Part shown: positions 15,515 to 28,066 of the stretch, piece by piece | Position numbering within the stretch: position 1 is the first letter of the stretch | Layout: each line of letters starts with the position of its first letter | Source of the DNA: Folioceros fuciformis | Taxonomy: Eukaryota | Assembly: GCA_049999805.1 (NCBI GenBank) | Contig: JBNGIO010005921.1 | Span: 1-64,000, forward strand | Length of the DNA stretch: 64,000 nt | Direction: 5' to 3' | Translations under genes and position numbers: made by a program | The notes under the pieces: model-generated | What the model was told of the DNA's origin: nothing | Databases searched by the model: none | The model's input: only the letters and a program-made list of their open reading frames with translations

Positions 15515-16110
15515 AGAGAACAGAAAATGAACACGGAGGGAAGGAGAGGGGGAGGGATGTGTGTGAGCGAGGTCGCGCTGAGCTAATCTCACCAAGGGAG
15601 AGAGGAGGATCTGGATAGGGTCTAAACTAGTGCCAATGCCGATGGTAATGCACACCAAGCCCACCAACTGCACTCTTAAGATGGCCAACACGTCACCAAT
15701 AGATGATGGTGCAGGGAAGGTAGTGGCACGCGTAAATGACCCAGCACTGTGGTTCTGGAGCACTTTTGCTTTGCAAGGAGGAGCGTCACTGATAACCGAA
15801 CCGCGTTAGGGAACAAGGAACTGTGCAGTAGCCCAGCAAACTGCAACGCTCACAGCGGTGCTACTGGCACAGCGGGCTCGCAGTCTGCGTGTGGGGAATA
15901 GACGAAGAACAGGGAGGGAGAGGGAGAGAGGGACGGGTGTGGGTGAGGTCGCGCTGAGCTAACCCCAGCAGCGGTGAGATGAGGATCTGGACGGGGTCAA
16001 AACTACGGCCGCTGCCCACCACCTACACTCCGTGCAATGTCCAACACTTCACCAATAGCTGATGGTGCAGGAAAGATAGGGGCATGCGTAACTGACCCAG
16101 TGCTGTGGTC
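15515..16110. repeat. Diverged direct duplication (~210-240 bp x2) upstream of HDA2
   Basis: The block GAGGTCGCGCTGAGCTAA...GAGGATCTGGA...CACCAATAG.TGATGGTGCAGG...TGACCCAG...TGTGGT occurs at ~15570-15755 and ~15945-16110. Confidence 0.8.
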
Positions 16111-16231
16111 CCTGATGTGAGAAATTCGCCATATTCGTGTCCAGGGTGTTTCCCTCTCAGCCTCGCGGCATTTGGTCTCGGCTGTGTGCCACCGGGATTT
16201 GACGAGGAGCCAGTCTCCCTCGCGAATCTGG

Positions 16232-18457
16232 ATGGAGGCGGAATGTCGGAGCGCTGCAGGCGAGGGCGAGGCCGAGGCCGAGGAGAAGTTGCAGCGGATT
16301 CGCAACAGCAAGTTGTACGATGTGGCCTTGGAAAGCAAGGTTGAGCTTGAGGGGATGAGCGAGCTCGAATGAAGGAGCGAATGCTTGCGATGGCAGGAGG
16401 AGGGAACCTTACTATGCAATTATGCTTGTTGGATGCAGGATCCGCTGCTCTACTCCTCACACTACGACATCGCCTTCATGGGTTTGGAGAAACTGTAGGG
16501 TGTGCAGGACTCCTTGTCCCAACTGCTGCACTAAGTCTTGCCGAGGCCGCTGCTTCATCTACCCGCTGGTTGGTCGTGGGCGGGGTGCAGGCATCCGTTT
16601 GACTCCAGGAAGTGGGGTAACATAAAGAAGTATCTTGTGAACGACAAGGTCGTGGATGCCAAGAGGATTGTGGAGCCTAATGAGGCCACCAGGAGCGATC
16701 TGCTTGTGGTACTGCTTCTCTGTCTGTGCACTTCTGGCACTGTGATGCTCAGTTGATGGCTTGTGTTAAACGCGTCCATCCCCTTGTGTTGTGCCACCAT
16801 CTTGCAGGTGCACACGGATGGTTACTTGGATAGCCTGAGAAGCAGCTACACGGTGGCTGTCATCACGGAGGTGAGGTTCTCTCTTGCTTGTCAGCCCCTG
16901 CTCTGCTGTGTCTAGACGACTGAATGTCTCGTGCAAGCAACTACACCAGGTGGCTCCGGTGGCTTTACTACCCCACTGCATCGTAGACAAGCAAGTTCTT
17001 CAGCCCTTCCGCAGGCAGGTGTGCATGCTTCGTCAGTTTCATCCATCTACTTCTGTTTCACGTCATGACAACTTAGTGGCTGCAAAACCCACCGTGTTTC
17101 ATGGCGCATTGCCAACAAATAGGTGGGTGGAACGATTCTTGCGGTACGTCTAGCTAAGGAGCGGGGCTGGGCTATCAATCTGGGTGGGGGATTCCACCAC
17201 TGTTGCGGTTGCCAGGGCGGTGGTTTCTGCGTGTATGCAGATATTACCCTTAGTATTGAGTTTGCATTTTCTCTTCTGGGAATTGAAAGGTATATTGCCG
17301 TTCATGGCAGCCATTGTGAATCATGATCTCAACTTCTGAACTGCACGCGGCATCAAGGATTATTTCTATGTTCCCTGCCTCTGCAGGGTGATGATCATTG
17401 ACCTTGATGCGCACCAAGGAAATGGCCATGCACGTGATTACATGATCCAAGATGGTAGCTTTGCCATGCTGAGCTGTATCCGTTCCCTTGTTCTTCTTTG
17501 AATGATACGTGGACCTGAACCCTAAGGTCAACCTTTGCAGACAATTCTGAACGTGTCTACATTCTCGACATGTACAACCGGGACATCTACCCTGGTGTAA
17601 GCGTTGTACCATGTGTTGATGTGTCTATGCTGGAACTCTATTTGCCTCTTGTCATTTCAAGCTGGGATTGCTTTTCAGGATGAAGTAGCTAAGCAGCGAA
17701 TCAACCGGAAAGTGGAAATTCGAGTAAGCCATTTCTGCTTTAAAATGTTGTGGGTGAATTTGGTGGATCATACAGCTGCAAACCATCGTCAAACTATTTT
17801 TCAGACTGGTACCACCACGGAGCAGTATGTAGCAAAGCTGAAAGAGAATCTGCAGGTATTTCATCAAGCTCTCTGTTACATGGAGCTGAGTGCGTTCTTC
17901 AAATAACACCACGAATCTTTCTAAGGCGACCTTTGTTATTACTGCACGGCTTTATCGAGCAGAAGGCCGTTGAGGAGTTCAAAGAGAAGGAGTTCAAGCC
18001 ACAGCTTGTAATATACAATGCAGGGACAGACATTCTTGATGGGGATCCACTTGGGGGTCTGCAGGTGACAAGCTAAATGGTGCGGGTTTGCCGGATCACC
18101 AATCCAACTCACCATCTCACTTTGTTTTGCCCTTACTCTTCAGGTCTCACCAGCTGGTGTCCAAGAACGGGACGAGATTGTTTTCCAGTTCGCTAGGCTA
18201 GAGCTGGAGGTCCCTATCGTGATGGTTACATCAGGTTCAACTCTCGCCTTGTGACTCTTGCCAGCGAGTGAATTATGGTCCGCAGTTTCCTGAGTTCATT
18301 TTCAACAAAATTGTGACGAAATATCTCCACCTGCTGGCTGACAGGTGGGTACATGAAAAGTAGTGCAAGAGTCATTGCCGATTCTATCAAGAATTTGGCA
18401 TCCAAAGACAAGCAACTTATTCAGCTTGAGAATCGTGAAGCTCTCCCAAATATGTAA
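16232..18457 (+). CDS. HDA2: Histone deacetylase 2 (class IV, HDAC11-like), 14 exons
   Basis: YSSHYDIAFMGLEKLHPFDSRKWG, VGGTILA...GWAINLGGGFHH, GGGFCVYADI, IIDLDAHQGNG, YNAGTDILDGDPLG and TSGGY. All junctions are GT-AG and in frame. Confidence 0.93.
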
Positions 18458-18897
18458 TGAGTCCAAGCAAGGCGATGCAGATTACAGCTTGGTCTGTCGC
18501 CTGACATGGAATCCTGCCAGTCCCAGAAAGATAGCTGACAATGGAGACACGAGAGGGTACTTTTACAGGCTCTGTTGTTTGGAAGTTACGTCGGTACTAG
18601 TTGGGATGCATGCTCGTAAAAGAAACAAACAAAACCAGTTTGTAGAATAGTTGATCCAGTTAGGGTGTTCCACATCCTTGAGTTTTTCATGTGATTGTTT
18701 CGTATCGGATAGCGAGTAGTGCCCTTGGTGTAGACTTAAGCACAACTAGATTTGGTTCGTAAGGTTTCCCTCCAGCCTATGTAGCCAAAAAAAGGTCCTC
18801 CACAAAAAAGCCGTAAAAAAGTTTAGCGAAATGAGGCTGCTGAGCTTTGGGTGACGATAAGAAGGGTGCTGATTATGTTTGATCTCCACAAAAGCTA

Positions 18898-19140
18898 GTG
18901 CAATTTGTTTTGGGCAAGTAGCCTTGGCAGCCTGGATTGCTCTCTTGTACAATTGGTTTTGGGCGAGGGGTCGCAGCAGCTTGTGTATACTCTCTTGTGC
19001 AGTTGGTTTTGGGTGAGGAGTCGTGGCAGCTTGTGTATACTCTCTTGTGTAATTGGTTTTGGGCGAGGAGCCTTGGCAGCTTTTGTATATTCTCTTGTGC
19101 AATTGGGTTTGGGTGAGGGGCTTCGACAGCTAGTGTATAC
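18898..19140. repeat. 50-bp tandem repeat, ~5 copies
   Basis: TCTCTTGT.CA.TTGGTTTT.GG.GAGG...GCAGCTTGTGTATA starts at 18941, 18991, 19041 and ~19091, plus a degenerate copy upstream. Confidence 0.9.
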
Positions 19141-19746
19141 TTTCTGTATACTTTCACGTGTGACCAAGCAAAAGACACAGTTTAAGACATCCCAGCAAAA
19201 GACAAAAAAGAGATGAAAAATCCATTGAAAAGAGAGAAGTTAGGATTGGGATCAGGTGTTACCGAAATAAAACTTGTAAATAGAAAAATTAATACAAGTC
19301 GAACTTAAAAAAAGGGTTTTAAGGCGATAGGTTTATATAAAACATACATTCATGGTTCAGCTGAACGCTAACAGTCTCAGCGACGAGACCACAACAACAA
19401 TTTTGCGATTGGGACGGGTTTGGTCAGCAGCACTAGCATACTTGACTTGACGAGCGAACGCGTCGCTTGCGCAGAAAACTCGCGTCCCTTTCCCGGCCAT
19501 GGACCCTCAGCCAGTTCACCGGTCGATGATGCTCCAAACCGGTTGCTGCCACTCACCACCAGGTTATTTATGGGGTCAGCAGACCGAAGAAGATCGCGCC
19601 ATTGCTAGCCACCGAGAGCAATCAAGCGAGCAGGCATCCTGCGGACTGGCAAGCACTGAGAGTGAGCGATCCCAGCAACTGACAAGCAGAGCCAGCTCGA
19701 GTGAGAAATCGGGAAATCCTGCCCTTGAAGCAATTCGAGCGTTAGA

Positions 19747-21741
19747 ATGGAGCTGCTGAACCTGGTGGCATCGGTCCCGGCAGCAGTCCCGGTGCCGATG
19801 GAGGTGGCTATGGCGGGAGCCATGGTGGCCGCGGCGTATCCGGCATTAAGGTTTTGGGAGAGGCGGGGACACCGTGCGCCCGAGGGAAGCAAGGAGGTTC
19901 CAGGGAACCTCGGATTTCCCCTGTTGGGAGAGTCGGTGGAGCTCTTCTCGCACTTCAAGGCCGGCAACGTGGAGGAATTCGGGCTGAAGCGCTTCGCCAA
20001 GCACGGGGACGTGTTCAAGTCCCACATCTTCGGGACGCCCTACGTCTTCATGCGGGGCCAGCACGCGGCCAAAATGCTGGCCACCAACGAGGACAAGCTG
20101 GTGCACGCGCACCAGATTCTGCCCCCGCGCTTGCTGCTGGGGCAGGAGTCGCTGCTCAACATCCACGGTCCCAAGCACAAGCGCTTCCGCCGCATGTTCA
20201 ACGACACCTTCATGGGAGAGGGGATGAAGAAATACCTGCCGGTCGTGGAGCGCACCGCGCTGGAGACTTTCGGGAATTGGGAGCTCGGAGACGTGCGACG
20301 TGTCAAGCACGAGGCGCTCAAGTTCACGTATAATGTGATTGCCGGAGTGGTGCTGTCCTGGGGCCCCGGGGCCACCCGAGAACGGAGCCAGGAGCTGGTG
20401 GAGGTGATCGGCCGCAATCTGTTCAAGCTGCCGGTGGATCTCCCGGGCTTTGAATTTCACCGAGCTGTGAATGCGAGGAAGGAGCTTACCAAGATGTTTG
20501 AGGCGGAGTACGCGCTGCGTCGAAGCGGGAAGATTGTGCGGGACGATTTGCTCACTGCCATGATGTCTGCTGTCGACCTGGAGACCAACTCCGGCCTCAC
20601 TGATGTCGAGTTGAGTGATAATCTCTTCACCATGATCTTGGCTGGCCATGAGACTTCCACAAACCAGCTCACCTGGATCGCCAAGCTGCTGCAGGAGCAT
20701 CCGGAAGTCAAGCAGAGGCTTACGGTGAGCGTAGCCTGCAATCTTTCCTCTCCTCTCGTCGCTGCATGCTCGGCATTTCACTTCTTGCATGCATGCCTCA
20801 TCACTTGTCGTCATTCTCTTCCAGGCTGAAAATGAGGCCATCAGGAGGAAGAAACAACCGGGAGAGGCGCTCACGTGGACCGAAATTCACAAGGACATGA
20901 ACTACACTATGAAAGTAAGTGCTCTCAAACACGATGCCAATCTGACTTCTATCTACCTGTGAATCGATAATTACGCCCAACAAGAACTCAATCCATAACC
21001 TCATTGCACCATGTTTGCTCACACAGGTCATCAACGAGGGGCTCCGCCAAGCATCCCTCACCTTCTGGTATCACCGTACTGTGAAGCAGGATTTCGAGTA
21101 CAAGGGTAAATATACGCGAAACTGCCCTCTGTCTTCTGGCCAGCCTTGTCTCGTGTTCTGACCTTCAGCCTGTATGCCTTCCACAGGTTATCATATTCCC
21201 AAGGGCTGGAACCTCGTCCTTGATGTCCATAACCTGCACCACAGCCCGGAATTGTTTTCGGATCCAGAGACCTTTGACCCATCGCGGTTCGACGTAAGTA
21301 CTTAACTCCCAACCTAGCTACTGACATATATCATGCGCAGGTCTTTGTCCCATCTTCTTCCCCCCTACGTTGTCACCTGGCTTTAACACACATCACGTTC
21401 ATGTGTAACAGGACGCCCCGAAGCCCTTCACCGTCATGCCCTTCGGCACGGGCCCCAGAATGTGTCTGGGTAAAGATCTCGCCATAATGGAGATGAAGAT
21501 TTTCCTTCACTACCTCAGCATCCATTTCAGGTCTGTTGCTGACCACCTTCGTAGGCCCCTCCTGTCTTTGAGCCAACGTCATGTTGCCTACAGAAATCTC
21601 TTTTGACAAGGCTCTCATTTTCGTCTGGGACGTTCGTGATGCAGCTGGCACGTTACAGAGCCCGACACAGGCAGAGACTGGTCAGGCCTTCCATGCCCCA
21701 ACAATGGAGTTCCCATCCAAGTGGACGCCGTCCTTAGATAG
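19747..21741 (+). CDS. Cytochrome P450, CYP85 clan (family unresolved), 6 exons
   Basis: PGNLGFPLLGES, VFKSHIFG, I-helix LAGHETS, ExxR (EGLR), FDPSRF and heme motif PFGTGPRMCLG. Exon 1 spans 19747-20723, followed by five short GT-AG exons. Confidence 0.92.
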
Positions 21742-21808
21742 ATAGCTAGAGCACTGGCACATCACACAAAGCAGACGCAGTTTCAACTGTTCTTGAGCCT
21801 ATGGTAGA

Positions 21809-21978
21809 CGACCCAAACGAAATGTTACGATAGGCGACCCAAACGAAATGTTATGATTGGCGACCCAAACGAAATGTTANNNNNNNNNNGGCGACCCAAA
21901 CGAAATGTTATGATTGGCGACCCAAACGAAATGTTATGATAGGCGACCCAAACGAAATGTTATGACAAACACGAAATG
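21809..21978. repeat. 26-bp tandem repeat (CGACCCAAACGAAATGTTATGATTGG), ~6 copies, with a small gap
   Basis: Units start at 21809, 21835, 21861 and continue after the N-run. Confidence 0.9.
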
Positions 21979-22392
21979 TAATACAATTCCGGCTTCCCGA
22001 GGGGCATTCCACATCCCGGTTGAAGGTTTCTATATTCCGGTACAAGGGTTCTACTTTCCGGTTGAGGCGTTCAGAAACCTACTACACTAGACGTCGCTGG
22101 GTAGGGCGAACTGCACATCCCTCCACGTTGGCATTCATGATATACATGGGTGAACAATCAGAGGCACCGTCGGAAACGGCAAATTGGACACCAGGTACAA
22201 CCAGCTCTCCACCGCAGACGAGAGAATGACTCGAGCATCGGATGATACTACGACTACGAAAGGGACTAAGGAGCACGCTTGAACTTGGACACAAAACAGT
22301 CACGCAGACAAGATCAAAGGCACCCGATCAACTCGGTGTCACTTTACTTTTTACTCAAGCAAAATTTTCCTCCATTCCCAAGGAGGAGAGAC

Positions 22393-22987
<595 letters not shown>

Positions 22988-23272
22988 AGTGATCTTCAAC
23001 CACGAAAGGCCACCCCCGAGACAGACGCCGGCTTCGCCGACCGCTTGCTGAGGGGTGCTGAAGGGCTAAAGCACGATCAATCACAGAAAAAAAGCAGAAT
23101 ACAACTTTGAGGGGTGCCCAGACGCATATATAGTGATACCCCTAACCCTAATAGGGTATCTAGCTTCTATTTCAAAAGTTACCAATTGTGTTTTGTGGTG
23201 AGCAGGGTCCATAGCTGGAACGAAGGCTGCTGTCGACCCGTCTGGCTATCGTTGCTCAGGCGGGCGATCAGC
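22988..23272. promoter_or_regulatory. Putative bidirectional promoter shared by RPS20 and SF3B3, with a telo-box-like motif
   Basis: Only 285 bp separate the divergent start codons. CCCTAACCCTAA lies at ~23140-23151. Confidence 0.55.
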
Positions 23273-26200
23273 ATGTATCTGTACAGCCTGACGCTACAAC
23301 GAGCTACTGGGATAGTATGTGCAACGTACGGCAACTTCACAGGAGGCAAGACGCAGGAGATAGTGGTTGCCAGGGGCAAGGTTTTGGACTTGTTGCGGCC
23401 CGATGATAATGGCAAGCTGCAGACGCTGTTGTCCGTGGAAGTGTTTGGAGCTATCCGGTCTCTGGTGCAGTTTCGCTTGACTGGGTCTCAGAAGGACTAC
23501 ATCGTGGTAGGTTCTGACTCAGGAAGGATAGTGATTCTTGAGTACAACAAGGAGAAGAATGCGTTTGAGAAGGTCCATCAGGAAACGTTCGGCAAGTCAG
23601 GATGTCGACGTATTGTGCCCGGCCAGTATTTGGCGGTGGATCCAAAAGGTCGCGCCGTTATGATTGGAGCTTGTGAGAAGCAAAAGCTGGTCTATGTGCT
23701 GAACAGGGACAATGCTGCCCGCCTCACGATTTCGTCTCCGCTGGAAGCCCACAAGTCTCACACAATTGTGTATTCTATCTGCGGGGTCGATTGTGGCTTT
23801 GAAAACCCTATTTTTGCAGCCATCGAGCTGGATTACGCAGAAGCTGATCAGGACTCTACTGGGCAAGCGGCAAGTGAGGCGCAGAAGCATCTCACGTTCT
23901 ATGAGCTGGACCTTGGACTGAACCATGTTGTGCGCAAGTGGTCCGAGCCGGTTGACAACGGTGCGTATTTGCTGGTCACTGTGCCGGGAGGACTTGATGG
24001 GCCCAGTGGGGTTTTGATATGTGCTGAGAATTTTGTCTTTTACAAAAATCAGGGCCATCCTGAGTTGCGAGCTGTGATACCTAGGAGAGCAGACCTACCG
24101 TCCGAGAGGGGGGTTCTCATTGTGTCTGCTGCGACGCACAAGCAAAAAGCAATGTTCTTCTTTTTGTTGCAGACTGAGTATGGTGACATTTTCAAGGCAA
24201 CACTGGAGTACGACAAGGATGGGCAAGTGACAGAACTCAAGCTGAAGTACTTCGACACTATTCCGGTGACATCGGCAATGTGTGTGCTGAAATCGGGATT
24301 CCTCTTTGCTGCGTCTGAGTTTGGAAACCATGCACTTTACCAGTTTCAGGGGATTGGAGATGATGCTGATGTGGCATCTACTTCCAAGAATTTGATGGAG
24401 ACTGACGATGGCTTTGAACCAGTAGTTTTCCATCCCCGCAAGTTGAAGAACCTTGTGCAAATTGACGAGGTGGAAAGCCTTATGCCTATCTTGGACATGC
24501 GAGTTGCCAATCTCTTTGAGGAGGAAACCTCTCAGATATTTGCTTTGTGTGGCAGGGGTTCGCGATCTTCTCTGAGAGTATTACGGCCAGGCCTTGCAGT
24601 TACTGAGATGGCAGTTTCACAGCTCCCAGGTGTGCCCAGTGCTGTCTGGACAGTGAAGAAGAGCGTCAATGATGAGTTTGATGCTTACATTGTGGTGTCC
24701 TTTGTGAATGCAACTCTTGTGCTGTCAATCGGTGAAACTGTGGAGGAAGTAAGTGACAGTGGATTTTTGGACACTACTCCCTCTCTTGCTGTGTGTCTAC
24801 TAGGCGAAGACTCCTTGATGCAGGTCCACCCTAACGGAATCAGGCACATCAGAGCAGATGGCCGTATAAATGAATGGAAGACTCCTGGCAAGAAAACAAT
24901 TGCCCGAGTAGGTTGCAACAGGATGCAAGTGGTGATTGCCCTGAGTGGAGGAGAACTAATATACTTTGAGATGGATGTCACTGGGCAGCTTATGGAAATA
25001 GAGAAAAGAGAAATGGCAGGTGATGTCGCATGTTTGGACATTGCCCCTGTGCCAGAAGGGCGTCAGCGCTCTAGATTTCTAGCGGTTGGATCTTATGATA
25101 GTACAATTAGAATTATATCATTGGACCCAGATGACTGCATGCAGATATTGAGTGTCCAGGCGGTACCATCTCCGCCAGAATCACTGCTGTTGCTAGAGGT
25201 TCAAGCTTCAACAGGTGGCGAAGATGGAGCGGACCATCCAGCAAGTGTTTTCCTAAATGCTGGCCTGCAGAATGGTGTGCTTCTGAGAACAGAGGTAGAT
25301 ATGGTCACTGGACAGCTGTCTGACACCCGAACGCGATTTCTGGGTCTGAGGGCACCTAAGCTGTTCTCTGCTCTAGTACGAGGGCGCCGAGCCATGCTTA
25401 GCCTGTCCAGCAGACCTTGGCTCGGGTACATCCATCAGGGGCATTTTCTGTTGACCCCTCTGTCATATGAGACCCTGGAGTATGCTGCCTCTTTCTCTTC
25501 TGATCAGTGTGCTGAAGGTGTAGTGGCTGTAGCTGGTGATGCACTGCGTGTTTTCACAATTGAAAGGTTGGGAGAGACGTTCAATCAAACTGTGATTCCT
25601 CTTCGGTATACTCCGAGGAAGTTTATCCTACATCCGAAGCTGAAGTCACTTGTCGTTATCGAAAGTGACCAAGGCACTTTTACTACGGAGGAACGAGATG
25701 CTAATAAAAGAGAGGCCATAGAAGTCGCAGGGGAAAGTGTCCAGATGGAAGTGGAGTATGCGGATGGGGAAGAGAAGGAGGATCCATTACCTGATGAGCA
25801 ATATGGCTACCCAAAGAATGTGGCAGGTCGATGGGCATCATGTGTGCGTGTCCTAGACCCAAAGGCCATGCAAACCACATGTCTGCTAGAATTGCAGGAA
25901 AATGAAGCAGCACTGAGTGTCTGCGCTGTGACGTTTCATGACAAGGATCTCGGGGTGGTTCTTGCCGTCGGAACAGCCAAGGATCTCAGGTTCTGGCCTA
26001 AAAAAGAAGCAGGCGGTGGTTTCATTCACATATACAGATTCACCAACGAGGGCAAGGGGTTAGAGTTGCTTCACAAAACCCCAGTGGATGGGGTTCCAAG
26101 TGCTCTTTGTTCCTTTCAAGGGCGACTGTTGGTAGGTGTGGGGCAGGTACTTAGGATATATGACCTAGGCAAGAGGAAGCTGCTAAGGAAGTGTGAGATC

Positions 26201-26902
26201 AAAAATTTTCCGAACACTATCATTGCCATCCATACCTGCGGGGACCGCATATACGTCGGTGACATCCAGGAGTCGTTCCATTATGTTAAGTACCGACGGG
26301 ATGAGAACCAGCTATACACATTTGCAGATGACAGTTGCCCCAGGTGGCTCACGGCATCTTTGCACATCGATTTTGATACCATGGCTGGTGCAGATAAATT
26401 TGGCAATATCTACTTCATGCGCCTGCCTCAGGATATTTCCGACGAAATCGAAGATGATCCAACGGGTGGTAAGATAAAGTGGGAGCAGGGACGATTGAAT
26501 GGGGCCCCTAACAAAGTTGAGGAGATTATTCAGTTTCACATTGGTGAGGTTGTGACCTGCCTGCAAAAGGCTTCCCTCATACCTGGTGGTGGAGAAAGTG
26601 TGCTTTACGGGACGGTTATGGGAAGTGTTGGTGCTCTACTGCCATTCACCTCTCGTGAAGATGTAGACTTCTTCTCCCATCTTGAGATGCATCTCAGACA
26701 GGAAAATCCACCCTTGTGTGGCAGAGATCACATGACATACAGGTCTGCCTACTTCCCTGTCAAGGATGTGGTTGACGGTGACCTGTGTGAACAGTACCCG
26801 ACTCTTTCAGCTGATGTGCAACGGAAGATAGCTGATGAACTTGACCGCACACCCGGCGAAATTTTGAAGAAATTGGAAGATATAAGGAATCGGATCATTT
26901 GA
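23273..26902 (+). CDS. SF3B3: Splicing factor 3B subunit 3 (SAP130), intronless CDS of 1209 aa
   Basis: It begins MYLYSLTLQRATGI at ATG 23273 and contains HQETFGKSGCRRIVPGQY and RSAYFPVKDVVDGDLCEQY in one continuous ORF. Confidence 0.97.
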   Translation: MYLYSLTLQRATGIVCATYGNFTGGKTQEIVVARGKVLDLLRPDDNGKLQTLLSVEVFGAIRSLVQFRLTGSQKDYIVVGSDSGRIVILEYNKEKNAFEKVHQETFGKSGCRRIVPGQYLAVDPKGRAVMIGACEKQKLVYVLNRDNAARLTISSPLEAHKSHTIVYSICGVDCGFENPIFAAIELDYAEADQDSTGQAASEAQKHLTFYELDLGLNHVVRKWSEPVDNGAYLLVTVPGGLDGPSGVLICAENFVFYKNQGHPELRAVIPRRADLPSERGVLIVSAATHKQKAMFFFLLQTEYGDIFKATLEYDKDGQVTELKLKYFDTIPVTSAMCVLKSGFLFAASEFGNHALYQFQGIGDDADVASTSKNLMETDDGFEPVVFHPRKLKNLVQIDEVESLMPILDMRVANLFEEETSQIFALCGRGSRSSLRVLRPGLAVTEMAVSQLPGVPSAVWTVKKSVNDEFDAYIVVSFVNATLVLSIGETVEEVSDSGFLDTTPSLAVCLLGEDSLMQVHPNGIRHIRADGRINEWKTPGKKTIARVGCNRMQVVIALSGGELIYFEMDVTGQLMEIEKREMAGDVACLDIAPVPEGRQRSRFLAVGSYDSTIRIISLDPDDCMQILSVQAVPSPPESLLLLEVQASTGGEDGADHPASVFLNAGLQNGVLLRTEVDMVTGQLSDTRTRFLGLRAPKLFSALVRGRRAMLSLSSRPWLGYIHQGHFLLTPLSYETLEYAASFSSDQCAEGVVAVAGDALRVFTIERLGETFNQTVIPLRYTPRKFILHPKLKSLVVIESDQGTFTTEERDANKREAIEVAGESVQMEVEYADGEEKEDPLPDEQYGYPKNVAGRWASCVRVLDPKAMQTTCLLELQENEAALSVCAVTFHDKDLGVVLAVGTAKDLRFWPKKEAGGGFIHIYRFTNEGKGLELLHKTPVDGVPSALCSFQGRLLVGVGQVLRIYDLGKRKLLRKCEIKNFPNTIIAIHTCGDRIYVGDIQESFHYVKYRRDENQLYTFADDSCPRWLTASLHIDFDTMAGADKFGNIYFMRLPQDISDEIEDDPTGGKIKWEQGRLNGAPNKVEEIIQFHIGEVVTCLQKASLIPGGGESVLYGTVMGSVGALLPFTSREDVDFFSHLEMHLRQENPPLCGRDHMTYRSAYFPVKDVVDGDLCEQYPTLSADVQRKIADELDRTPGEILKKLEDIRNRII

Positions 26903-27666
26903 GGCAGATGCTTTGCAGTGGGCCGCAACGTGTTGGAGGACGCGATTGTACACTAGTAGATCGGCTTAGCTTTGTAGGCTGGCTTTCTCAAGATAGTTAG
27001 ACCAATCTGGGTCTAAATTCCTGGTAGCAGGCTTCGTGCCCTATGTTAGGTTCCAGACCCTTGGAAGGAATGCAAGGATCAGCTTCTCTGATGACCTCTC
27101 TGCTACAAATCTGCGCACTTCTCCCCTGCGTGGACGTGGGATCGGTTGTGAAGCAGGTGACATGTATCACCTTCTGCCCAGGTGTTCAGGCGGAGGTTCG
27201 ATGGCCAAGAGAAAATGTTCTTTTGATACCGTGTTGATCGGTGATGTTCTTGACCATTCCTCGAGTTTGGCGTATCACGGACTTCAGACCTCCTCTTTGT
27301 CATCACTATTTTACGCGGACCCTCTAATTGTTCTACAGAAAACTGCAAGGTAGATATATACCTAAGCTTGGAAAACACGTTTCTTGGTGCTGAGCCTTTG
27401 AGAGCAAAGTTTTGAGAACGTGCCGGTTGATCACCAATTCCAGCCTAGCTTAGCATGGGCAATGGCTGTTGGAAGCAACTTCTATTTTAATCCCTTCCAC
27501 CTAAGCTCATGGGTCCCTTAGCATTCACCAAACGAATGATATCTCTCTAAACAAAATTGTAAGAGTACAGCTATTAGACCCGACGTCTAGGATTAAATTC
27601 GCCCCTTTTAGGCGACCCCGACCCTGGACGTCCAGGGTTTTGGGGCTGTAGTTTTCTTGCCCTACA

Positions 27667-28066
27667 NNNNNNNNNNNNNNNNNNNNNNNNNNNNNNNNNN
27701 NNNNNNNNNNNNNNNNNNNNNNNNNNNNNNNNNNNNNNNNNNNNNNNNNNNNNNNNNNNNNNNNNNNNNNNNNNNNNNNNNNNNNNNNNNNNNNNNNNNN
27801 NNNNNNNNNNNNNNNNNNNNNNNNNNNNNNNNNNNNNNNNNNNNNNNNNNNNNNNNNNNNNNNNNNNNNNNNNNNNNNNNNNNNNNNNNNNNNNNNNNNN
27901 NNNNNNNNNNNNNNNNNNNNNNNNNNNNNNNNNNNNNNNNNNNNNNNNNNNNNNNNNNNNNNNNNNNNNNNNNNNNNNNNNNNNNNNNNNNNNNNNNNNN
28001 NNNNNNNNNNNNNNNNNNNNNNNNNNNNNNNNNNNNNNNNNNNNNNNNNNNNNNNNNNNNNNNNNN
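27667..28066. other. Assembly gap (~400 N)
   Basis: N-run. Other gaps lie at ~1345-1444, 21880-21889, 48130-48229 and 50986-51085. Confidence 0.99.

Noticed and set aside
15987-16001. CTGGACGGGGTCAA resembling the plant U1 snRNA 5' stem
   Set aside because: It lacks the ATACTTAC 5' end, the loop II CATTGCAC and the Sm site, so it is a short chance match.
19846-20874. 342-aa antisense ORF over P450 exon 1
   Set aside because: Shadow ORF caused by high-GC codon usage of the sense gene; no recognisable protein.
23114-23272. 53-aa N-terminal extension of SF3B3 in the ORF track
   Set aside because: It starts at GTG and lies in the promoter/UTR. The conserved protein begins at MYLYSL (23273).
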